A DNA stretch of 24,000 nucleotides. Origin: an uncultured Methanosarcinales archaeon. Its GTDB lineage: Archaea > Nanobdellota > Nanobdellia > Woesearchaeales > JABIAG01. The position numbers and the translations under genes are program-made. The stretch covers positions 20,867 to 44,866 of the forward strand of contig CAZLQZ010000001.1 of NCBI GenBank assembly GCA_964561995.1, given 5' to 3'. Under the pieces are notes generated by a model that did no database searches, was not told the origin of the DNA, and worked only from the letters and a program-made list of their open reading frames with translations. Below, piece after piece: positions 9,301 through 19,055 of this stretch; the first letter of the stretch is position 1, and the number at the start of each line of letters is the position of its first letter.

Positions 9301-9522
9301 TTTAATCCAGATTATTCAATGTATTTATGGGACTTTTCAAGAAAAATAAAACCTTTTATTAAATCTTTAATTCCCAAAGTTCAAGAAAATTTTTCTGTTG
9401 ATGAGTTAAGAATTATTGAACAAATTGTTAAAATTAAAAAGCCAAAAAAGCCTTCTCTCGACGATTTACCTTTATTCACTGGTCAAGGTGTGTCCAGTGG
9501 TGAAACCGTTTTAAACCTTTGA
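6331..9522 (+). CDS. divergent family-B DNA polymerase-like protein (1063 aa) with canonical 3'-5' exonuclease motifs and non-canonical polymerase motifs
   Basis: Exo I LKFMFFDIET (D302/E304), Exo II AYNINFDASML (N381/D383) and Exo III LEYVCDD (Y502/D506) occur with PolB-like spacing. The N-terminal VYVPYQHTYF resembles the PolB N-domain. No DxxSLYPS or YxDTDS motif; only degenerate look-alikes (DFIKLLYSP, KGFMNNLFG, YMLTDFG). TTTTAAAG (6303-6310) lies about 26 nt upstream of the ATG. Confidence 0.7.
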   Translation: MSLEDSLKDNEVLLTQVAVRDNQQSSQQLQLRFKGLSDVYVPYQHTYFSIPLSQTEAQDLIEQIQNPLINGQKNPFYGYQHTKTLVQGYFNIVQVTAPRTESKAFQRLRYKTRCGEFNLSSLKSKGKKLFRGGYFNRQARWNLQDEENYLLPGIIVETDNELITILEKKRQLDKLNSSLDKIRRHTKVGFKQGSYSGQWSNAVSRYKKLLKSDNSFNAKKSFQETKSFSYLNQETIELIEDINSYENSFETLIRGFGDLDYNYNSIKKKGTYGLFLNQRPTLKFKRQLTLDEWMNLKFMFFDIETPKFLENNYEVTQVAAILTENQQVKQRIVFNKQATKITEVKGHTIRSGYDTDRDMIGDISNWALQNDIEVISAYNINFDASMLKERGDLYVGEAEDEPKKDVTKKFFERFRMDGGFCVDLLRLGQTFLRGFANAKLENLSRFFGGMSGYRKTISYAEMAELQYLSEGIDVELSSSTKEKLETIPGNREVAAQRLILEYVCDDTEEMPKLLFGDSNKFQEKELTRNCLENLVWMAENFKLDFIKLLYSPTALRDVFDRGYFKHMGIQRDEIYPRGIKYFENEVNNNKNALKGFMNNLFGIESSNGTFHRVERRLIPVGFLLRHYLSKKTHSVRDFMGYVEERVQKGSHHEFVFLSHYVNGLADYMLTDFGSYLRTKKRYDQIFSKLTTEQPYKETVLGLNELFLHRYGRTRLGLQMANGVLGEVLSQGIYDREGNYRIVKAADIKHLKELNQFRSFVKNSGNNFLDMLLESNRLTTLELYKLFWTTFYLGSSTSKNFGNHLIHPASMAMHFENEAMAIKEDLNKYGEILSVNSPYVYFLPEKNESDFSKSVVNRVTNSKRVYCCPAQTVIEDLFIADKEYSKEDGFFKGVKIKDGPAYFSNAFYSNIYLNTLEHFWQEDYVSGIRGIISAFKDLKSKRIVTEDEKMNFLFFNKSKKCYFGFQDFEKYMFRLAEDEEEDKLPVHPISQFNPDYSMYLWDFSRKIKPFIKSLIPKVQENFSVDELRIIEQIVKIKKPKKPSLDDLPLFTGQGVSSGETVLNL

Positions 9523-9587
9523 ATTCTTGATTCTTAACAGTTTATTTATAAGTGAAAAAAACCCATTGGACATCTTCTGAAATAGGG

Positions 9588-9595
9588 TATATAAA
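9588..9595 (+). promoter_or_regulatory. candidate TATA box (TATATAAA) for the micro-ORF cassette or a small RNA
   Basis: Near-consensus archaeal TATA. The predicted TSS near 9618-9620 lies upstream of the hairpin at 9634 and the first SD at 9683. Confidence 0.3.
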
Positions 9596-9633
9596 GGATT
9601 TAGTGTATCTAATAATTATTGTTTTAAGAATTA

Positions 9634-9675
9634 GGGCAGGGATTACCCCCAATTAAACCTGCCCGGGATTTTTTT
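9634..9675 (+). terminator. GC-rich hairpin followed by T7 tract (terminator or attenuator-like element)
   Basis: GGGCAGG (9634-9640) pairs perfectly with CCTGCCC (9658-9664) around a 17-nt loop, followed by T7 at 9669-9675. It lies 112 nt after the PolB-like stop and 19 nt before micro-ORF1. Confidence 0.5.
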
Positions 9676-9693
9676 ATAACAAGGAGGAGAAAA

Positions 9694-9801
9694 ATGATAG
9701 ACTTAAGCCAAAAAACCATACAAAATTTGTTTTTTAATCAAATAAAAGAGTTAAGCGTTGATAGCTTTGAAATGCAATGTAGTGAGTGGTGGTTAAGATG
9801 A
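9694..9801 (+). CDS. micro-ORF1, 35 aa (MIDLSQKTIQNLFFNQIKELSVDSFEMQCSEWWLR)
   Basis: ATG at 9694 is preceded by AAGGAGGAG (9681-9689), complementary to the 16S 3' end CACCTCCT, with the same short spacing as the SD of the gene at 17769. The TGA stop overlaps the next ATG (ATGA). Below the 60-aa cutoff of the ORF track. Confidence 0.4.
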   Translation: MIDLSQKTIQNLFFNQIKELSVDSFEMQCSEWWLR

Positions 9802-9905
9802 TGGAAATAGATGAGTTCGCAATTGGACTAGTAGAAGAAGCACAACATATTGGAGAATTAAGTTTTGATGAAGCTGAATTTATAATTGGCTATATTTCAT
9901 CATAG
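9798..9905 (+). CDS. micro-ORF2, 35 aa, very acidic (MMEIDEFAIGLVEEAQHIGELSFDEAEFIIGYISS)
   Basis: ATG at 9798 overlaps the ORF1 stop (translational-coupling geometry). Shares an I-x-ELS-[VF]-D-x-x-E core with ORF1 at nearly the same position. The TAG stop is embedded in the next SD (TAGGAGGTG). Confidence 0.4.
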   Translation: MMEIDEFAIGLVEEAQHIGELSFDEAEFIIGYISS

Positions 9906-9919
9906 GAGGTGAAAAAATC

Positions 9920-10027
9920 ATATTCAAAAAAAAGAATTACATATCATGGGACGAGTACATATGCAAAGTACACGTATTAGAAAACTTTGTTTGGAAACAA
10001 AGTACTAGAAGAACTTTCTTGCCTTAA
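9920..10027 (+). CDS. possible micro-ORF3, 35-36 codons, basic (IFKKKNYISWDEYICKVHVLENFVWKQSTRRTFLP); non-canonical start
   Basis: A perfect SD, AGGAGGTGA (9904-9912), is followed at 4-7 nt only by near-cognate codons (ATC 9917, ATA 9920). From ATA the frame is again exactly 108 nt and stops at 10025-10027, at the foot of the terminator hairpin. No ATG/GTG/TTG start is available, so the call is weak. Confidence 0.2.
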   Translation: MFKKKNYISWDEYICKVHVLENFVWKQSTRRTFLP

Positions 10028-10072
10028 ACACCTCAAAAATGCACCTCTTGCCAGGAGGTGTTTATTTTTTTT
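10026..10072 (+). terminator. hairpin plus T8 terminator-like element with two alternative 5' arms
   Basis: AAACACCTC (10026-10034) pairs with GAGGTGTTT (10055-10063). An inner CACCTC (10042-10047) can pair with the same GAGGTG (10055-10060). T8 at 10065-10072. Confidence 0.55.
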
Positions 10073-10116
10073 AATATATGCAAAAGGTTTTTAAATAATC
10101 TTTCAATAAAATAAAC

Positions 10117-10674
10117 ATGCGAGTTGTTGATAAACAGGAAATTAAAATTTACAAAAAGGAGTTCTTTGATAAAATCAATTCCGGAAGAATTTTTATTTAT
10201 CCAACTGATACAATTTATGGTTTGGGTTGTGATGCAACCAATCAACAAGCTGTAGGAAAGTTAAGAGAAGCAAAAGAAAGAGTATCAAATCCTTTTTCTG
10301 TTATTGCTCCATCAAAAGATTGGATTAAAAATCATTGTGAAGTTACCAAAGACCATTTATCCTTACTTCCTGGTCCAGTAACATTAATTTTAAAATTGAA
10401 AAATAAAAATGCTATTGCCGGAAATGTTAACAATGAAATGCAAACATTGGGAGTAAGAATTCCTGAACATTGGATTAGTGATGTTGTTTCAGATTTGGGA
10501 AAACCTATTGTAACAACTAGTGTAAATAAACAAGGTGAAGAATTTATGGTTGATTTAGATTCAATAAATTCTGATATTAAAGGAAAAATAGATTTTACAA
10601 TTTATGAAGGGGAAAAAATAGGAAAACCTTCAAAGATAATCAATACTGTTTCTAATGAAGTTATTCAAAGATAA
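10117..10674 (+). CDS. tsaC: L-threonylcarbamoyladenylate synthase, YrdC/TsaC-type (185 aa)
   Basis: IFIYPTDTIYGLGCDA, SNPFSVI, LPGPVTLIL, LGVRIP and VTTSVN are hallmark YrdC/Sua5-domain motifs. TTTTTAAATA (10088-10097) lies about 26 nt upstream of the ATG. Confidence 0.85.
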   Translation: MRVVDKQEIKIYKKEFFDKINSGRIFIYPTDTIYGLGCDATNQQAVGKLREAKERVSNPFSVIAPSKDWIKNHCEVTKDHLSLLPGPVTLILKLKNKNAIAGNVNNEMQTLGVRIPEHWISDVVSDLGKPIVTTSVNKQGEEFMVDLDSINSDIKGKIDFTIYEGEKIGKPSKIINTVSNEVIQR

Positions 10675-10715
10675 CGTTAAAAATCTTTTTAAATGCGTGT
10701 CATTTTGTCTATAAT

Positions 10716-11318
10716 ATGAGATTACTTGCTGCAGGCGATATTCATGGAGATACTTTTCTTGTTAAGAGATTGGCAGAAAGAGCTGAAAAAGAAAATGTTG
10801 ATTTAGTAGTTTTATGTGGAGACTTGACCCAAGCAGAAGAATCTACAAAAGGATTAATTGGTCCTTTTCTTGAAAAAAATAAAAAAGTAATCATTATCCC
10901 TGGTAATCATGAAACAATTGCAACTGCTGATTTTCTTGCACAATTATATAATGTAACTAACTTACATGGCTATTCAATTCAATCTGATGGTGTTGGTTTG
11001 TTTGGATGTGGTGGTGCTAATGTTGGATTGTCACAATTATCTGAGGATGAAATTTATCAAACATTAAAGAAAGGTTTCGATAGTGTTAAAGAATTAAATA
11101 AAAGAATTATGGTAACTCACGTTCATCATTCTAATACAAAGATTGAAAAATTTTCAAATTTTGTTCGCGGAAGTTCGGGAGTAGAAAAAGCCGTTAAAAT
11201 TTTCAAACCAGATATTTTACTTTGTAGTCATGTTCATGAAGCTGATGGTATTGAAGAAACATTAGGTTCTACACGAGTAATAAATGTTGGAAAGGCTGGA
11301 AAAATTATTGAATTATAA
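10716..11318 (+). CDS. calcineurin-like metallophosphoesterase (200 aa)
   Basis: Ordered motifs GDIHGD, CGDLT, PGNHE, VTHVHH and CSHVHE. Confidence 0.8.
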   Translation: MRLLAAGDIHGDTFLVKRLAERAEKENVDLVVLCGDLTQAEESTKGLIGPFLEKNKKVIIIPGNHETIATADFLAQLYNVTNLHGYSIQSDGVGLFGCGGANVGLSQLSEDEIYQTLKKGFDSVKELNKRIMVTHVHHSNTKIEKFSNFVRGSSGVEKAVKIFKPDILLCSHVHEADGIEETLGSTRVINVGKAGKIIEL

Positions 11319-11321
11319 TTC

Positions 11322-11891
11322 TTAAAAAAATTTAATAATTTCATTTATTTTTTTCTTGGATCTTTTTAGTGGAGTGTAATCTTTTTTTTGATATCCAATT
11401 AATATTCCGGCAACCAATTCTTCATTTTTTATTTTTAACATTTGATTGATTTTTTTTTCAAATGTTTTAAAACTTCCAACCCAACAAGTTCCTAATTTAT
11501 TATTGACTGCGGATAAGATTAAATTTTCTATTGCTGCAGAAACACTTATTAAATTATTTTTATTATTGGACTTGTTTTTTTTAGAATATATTAAAATTAC
11601 ATTTTGACAATTGCCCATTGTATTATAAAATTCTACTGTTTTTTTTTTAATTTTAATTGGCATTTTTTCTATATCTTTTTTAAAAATTTTAAGAGATTTT
11701 TTCATACAATTTTCAAGTTTGTCTCTTTTTTCTTTTGAAGATATTATATAAAATTTCCATGGTTGGAGATTTTTAGCAGAAGGGGCTTTGGTTGCATCTT
11801 TAATTATTTTTTTTAATATTGGTTTTGGAATTTTCTTTTTTTCAAAAGATCTAATGCTATGTCTGTTGTTAATTACATAGTTGAATTCCAT
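11322..11891 (-). CDS. nitroreductase-family flavoprotein (189 aa)
   Basis: N-terminal RHSIRSF and APSAKNLQPW motifs typical of the NADH/FMN nitroreductase fold. C-terminal CWVG. Confidence 0.75.
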   Translation of the reverse strand: MEFNYVINNRHSIRSFEKKKIPKPILKKIIKDATKAPSAKNLQPWKFYIISSKEKRDKLENCMKKSLKIFKKDIEKMPIKIKKKTVEFYNTMGNCQNVILIYSKKNKSNNKNNLISVSAAIENLILSAVNNKLGTCWVGSFKTFEKKINQMLKIKNEELVAGILIGYQKKDYTPLKRSKKKINEIIKFF

Positions 11892-11892
11892 T

Positions 11893-12138
11893 TTAATAAG
11901 TAATTATGCTTGAAGATTCTTTTGGTTTTTCTTCTTCTTTTTTTTCTTTAGGATCTTCGTTATTGTCCATAAAATTTTCTACATTTGGTAATTCCATGTA
12001 ATCATTTTTTGTTTCATTGTTTATTAAATCAGAGGTAGTTTCTGTTATTGGGGTTGTATCTACTAACATATTTAATAAATTAATTACTCTTTTAATCTCT
12101 TTTGAAGAATCTTCTTTTGTATCAATTGTTATTTTCAT
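11893..12138 (-). CDS. hypothetical acidic/lysine-rich small protein (81 aa from ATG at 12138)
   Basis: The ORF-track start at 12156 is TTG. The in-frame ATG at 12138 has TTATTTAAATA (12161-12171) at about -26. The stop is 1 nt before the nitroreductase start, suggesting an operon. Low-complexity C-terminus (KEKKEEEKPKE). Confidence 0.45.
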   Translation of the reverse strand: MKITIDTKEDSSKEIKRVINLLNMLVDTTPITETTSDLINNETKNDYMELPNVENFMDNNEDPKEKKEEEKPKESSSIITY

Positions 12139-12188
12139 TTTATTTAAAATTGTCAATCTATTATTTAAATATTGTTAAAATCAAAACC

Positions 12189-12196
12189 TTTATAAG
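12189..12196 (+). promoter_or_regulatory. candidate rRNA operon TATA box (TTTATAAG)
   Basis: TATA-like element preceded by purine-rich AAAACC, about 100 nt upstream of the 16S processing-stem arm. Other AT-rich candidates lie nearby, so the assignment is tentative. Confidence 0.3.
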
Positions 12197-12360
12197 TCGA
12201 CATAATTTTCTCAATATTTATGACCTTCTCTCATGCACAAACCGTGTATGAAATACAGAAAGCAATATGAATGCTTAAATTACCAATTTAAGCACAAAGC
12301 AGATTGAAACCAACGTTAATTCCAAATATAAGTTAATTAATGCGACAATAAAAGCTTCAA

Positions 12361-13823
<1,463 letters not shown>

Positions 13824-14006
13824 TTTTATTTTTTTTTATAAAAAATAAAATAATATATCAAAAATAGTGCAATATTTTTGTGACTCAAAATTGTTTAACA
13901 ATTTTAAGAAATCAAAAAAGAAATGGAATCTCTTTTTTGTAACTACTAATGTAGTTTATTTCAATCTGCTTTTTTATAATCATTAGGACTATACCTTTTG
14001 CTTGTA

Positions 14007-14078
14007 GGGCCTGTAGTTCAACGGTAGAACGTCGCCCTTGCAAGGCGGAGGTTTCGGGTTCAAATCCCGACGGGTCCA
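14007..14078 (+). tRNA. tRNA-Ala (anticodon UGC), 72 nt, no encoded CCA
   Basis: Hand-folded cloverleaf: acceptor GGGCCTG/CGGGTCC with the G3:U70 alanine identity pair, anticodon loop CT-TGC-AA (TGC at 14039-14041), T-arm TCGGG-TTCAAAT-CCCGA, discriminator A. Lies in the canonical archaeal 16S-23S spacer position. Confidence 0.95.
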
Positions 14079-14255
14079 TTTCAATCATCATATTCATTTA
14101 TTGAAAACTCATCGAGAACTAAACACTCTTGATGAACGGTAGAGTTGTGATCATCATAGGATGACTTTGCAGAAGTCCTATGAGTAACAAATATTACATT
14201 ACGTTAATATTACATCATGTTATTTCACAATTATGAAGCCATGCATAGTATAGAT

Positions 14256-17154
<2,899 letters not shown>

Positions 17155-17174
17155 TTAACTATGCATGGCATTCA

Positions 17175-17190
17175 TTTTTTCTTTTTTTTT
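17175..17190 (+). terminator. oligo-T tracts (T6 C T9) after the 23S processing stem; likely operon terminator
   Basis: Archaeal RNA polymerase terminates at oligo-T. The tract begins within the last nucleotides of the 3' arm of the 23S processing stem. Confidence 0.5.
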
Positions 17191-17277
17191 AATTTATTAT
17201 ATAATAGTGTTAACTTTCGAATTTTTTCCGATTTTTTTTACATCTTATTTAAAAATAATAATAATATCTATTAATTT

Positions 17278-17679
17278 ATGAAACCAAATGATTATCTTCA
17301 TATTGGAAAATTTGCTGAGCATTATATAATTAGTATTTTATTGAAAAGAAATTTGGATGTTTATGTTCCTGTATGTGATAGAAAAGGAATTGATTTAATT
17401 GTTAACTTTAATTCTTTTTATGAATTCCAAGTTAAAGCTAGAAATTTTAAACGTGTAAACGATTCAATAATAATTCGTTATTTTAAACAAAGTGATCATT
17501 TTTTTGTAATTTGTTTTGATCTTATTAAAATGAATTATTATGTTGTTTCTTCAAAATTGATTTCTCAAAATTGTAAAAAAATAGGTTTTAGTAAAAAATG
17601 GTATGTAATTCCTTTAAGTTTTTTATTAGATCATCAAGAATTAAAAAATTCGAAAGGTTTTGATATTTTATTTTCGTAA
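17278..17679 (+). CDS. hypothetical protein, PD-(D/E)xK nuclease-like (Hjc/DUF4365-like pattern), 133 aa
   Basis: G-x2-AE-x(n)-L-x(n)-GIDLIV-x(n)-YEFQVKA resembles the E...D...(E/Q)xK core of restriction-endonuclease-fold proteins of Hjc-like size. The acidic residue before K is Q. From memory only. Confidence 0.4.
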   Translation: MKPNDYLHIGKFAEHYIISILLKRNLDVYVPVCDRKGIDLIVNFNSFYEFQVKARNFKRVNDSIIIRYFKQSDHFFVICFDLIKMNYYVVSSKLISQNCKKIGFSKKWYVIPLSFLLDHQELKNSKGFDILFS

Positions 17680-17757
17680 ATATTCCATTTTTTTCGGAAT
17701 TATTTACCCAAACGCATATAAAGAATTAAAACATATCTTATTTTAAGAATTTTTAAT

Positions 17758-17764
17758 GAGGTGA
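17758..17764 (+). promoter_or_regulatory. Shine-Dalgarno site GAGGTGA for the LTD-protein gene
   Basis: Perfect complement of the 16S 3' end (TCACCTC), 4 nt upstream of the ATG at 17769. A candidate TATA (ATATAAAG, about 17716-17723) implies a short leader. Confidence 0.6.
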
Positions 17765-17768
17765 GATT

Positions 17769-19055
17769 ATGAAAAAAATATTTGTATTAGTGTTAACTAT
17801 ATTACTTTTACCAGTTGTTAATGCTGTTAGAATTGAAGAAATTTATTATGACCCAGTTGGGACCGAATCTGGTGGAGAAGCAGTTGTGCTTTTTAATCCT
17901 GATAATTCAACTTTAGATCTTTCGGGTTGGGTATTGAAAACAGAAACTTCTGTGACTGACGTCACATTGTCTTTAGAATCTTTTATTTCACCTTATGGAT
18001 ATTTTTTAATTAGTGATGTTAATTGGGATATTAACAAAGATAATTCAGATTGGAATTCTGCAGATCATGAAGAGGCAATGACTTTGGGTAATTCAGATTC
18101 AGGAATTGAATTATTTGATTTTGAATTCAATTCCGTCGATAAGGTTGGATGGGGTAATTCTGTTGAAATAGAAGATGGTATGTTTGAATCTAATCCAGCT
18201 TTACAGGTTTCTTCAGGTATGTCTTTAAAAAGAGTTCAAGATACTAATGACAATTTTGTTGATTTTATTGAATCTATTCCAGAATTAAAATCTAGTAGTT
18301 CAATTTTCGAATCAAATTCAACACATCGTGGCATTTATTTAAGTTTAAATATTATTGATTATAATACTTTTGTTGATTTTATTAATATTACTGATGATTT
18401 AGATTTAAATGGTTTTCAAATTTTACCTTCCCCTGGAGAAAATAAAGAAATTTCAATAATTGTTTTAGCATCACATGAATTTAATAATAGTTTTATTAAT
18501 ATTTCTTGTGAAGGTATCCCAATGAATTTTATTGAAGAGGTTAATTTAACTTCTGCTTTTTTTGAAACCAAAATTAATATTAGTTATAATACTTCTCCAG
18601 GAGTTTATTCATTAAATTTTGAATATTCTAATGTTAATAAAAATGAAATTTATGAAATTATGTCTTTATCAGCAATTGAAATAGATTCTTTAGATTTAAA
18701 TTTGGATATTAAAGATAAAAATAAAGAATATTTTTTACTAGGTGATGAAGATATAGAAACATCTTCTTTACCTACTATAAAAAATATAGGTAATGTTGAA
18801 TTAGATCTGGCAATAAAAGCAACCAGTATAGAATATGAAGCAAATATCTTTGATTTAAATAATGTAAAATATTCATTTAATAATGATTTTGATTCAGTAT
18901 GGTCTGGTAATTTAATTTCTGAATTTGAAATTATTGATTTGGACCTTTTACCTAGTTTTGCAAATGAATTAGGTTTTAAGTTTTTCATACCTTCTTCAAC
19001 ATTAAAGGGAAATTATACTGGAACAATAATTGTTTCTGCATTGGAATCGCAATGA
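17769..19055 (+). CDS. secreted lamin-tail-domain (LTD) protein (428 aa)
   Basis: Signal peptide MKKIFVLVLTILLLPVVNA. VRIEEIYYDPVGTESGGEAVVLFNPDNSTLDLSGWVL matches the LTD consensus (I-x-E-x(n)-G-x(n)-E-x-V-x-L-x-N-x(n)-L-x-GW). Many N-x-S/T sequons. Confidence 0.65.
   Translation: MKKIFVLVLTILLLPVVNAVRIEEIYYDPVGTESGGEAVVLFNPDNSTLDLSGWVLKTETSVTDVTLSLESFISPYGYFLISDVNWDINKDNSDWNSADHEEAMTLGNSDSGIELFDFEFNSVDKVGWGNSVEIEDGMFESNPALQVSSGMSLKRVQDTNDNFVDFIESIPELKSSSSIFESNSTHRGIYLSLNIIDYNTFVDFINITDDLDLNGFQILPSPGENKEISIIVLASHEFNNSFINISCEGIPMNFIEEVNLTSAFFETKINISYNTSPGVYSLNFEYSNVNKNEIYEIMSLSAIEIDSLDLNLDIKDKNKEYFLLGDEDIETSSLPTIKNIGNVELDLAIKATSIEYEANIFDLNNVKYSFNNDFDSVWSGNLISEFEIIDLDLLPSFANELGFKFFIPSSTLKGNYTGTIIVSALESQ

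Noticed and set aside
9552-9656. 34-codon GTG-initiated ORF (VKKTHWTSSEIGYIKDLVYLIIIVLRIRAGITPN) upstream of the cassette
   Set aside because: It has no SD and no TATA at leaderless spacing. It runs through the candidate TATA box and most of the GC hairpin. It is most likely a chance frame.
9798-9877. Possible C/D-box sRNA (ATGATGG at 9798, TGATGA at 9866-9871, CTGA at 9874-9877)
   Set aside because: The C-box look-alike ends in G rather than A. The C'-like box is only 2 nt from the D box, leaving no guide region. No D' box is in a sensible position. The coding interpretation with SD and ATGA overlap fits better.
9922-10008. Alternative third-ORF frames: ATT 9922 / ATG 9946 (28 or 20 aa) and GTG 9909 (23 aa)
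   Set aside because: ATG 9946 has no SD and gives only 20 aa. GTG 9909 lies inside the SD itself. None is clearly better than the ATA/ATC frame, so the third ORF remains unresolved rather than confirmed.
10033-10248. 71-aa minus-strand ORF overlapping the tsaC start and the terminator hairpin
   Set aside because: It is opposite the conserved N-terminus of TsaC and runs through the hairpin/T-tract. No start context supports it.
12139-12156. ORF-track start at 12156 for the 87-aa protein
   Set aside because: The codon is TTG. The ATG six codons downstream (12138) has a TATA at -26. I kept the shorter model, with low certainty either way.
17155-17277. Search for a 5S rRNA or additional tRNA downstream of the 23S
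   Set aside because: The sequence is almost pure A/T with T-tracts. It has no GC-rich helices or 5S/tRNA-like structure. The 5S gene is evidently unlinked.
18650-18988. 112-aa antisense ORF inside the LTD-protein gene
   Set aside because: It is a shadow ORF in an AT-rich gene. The K/S/I-rich translation is typical of antisense frames.
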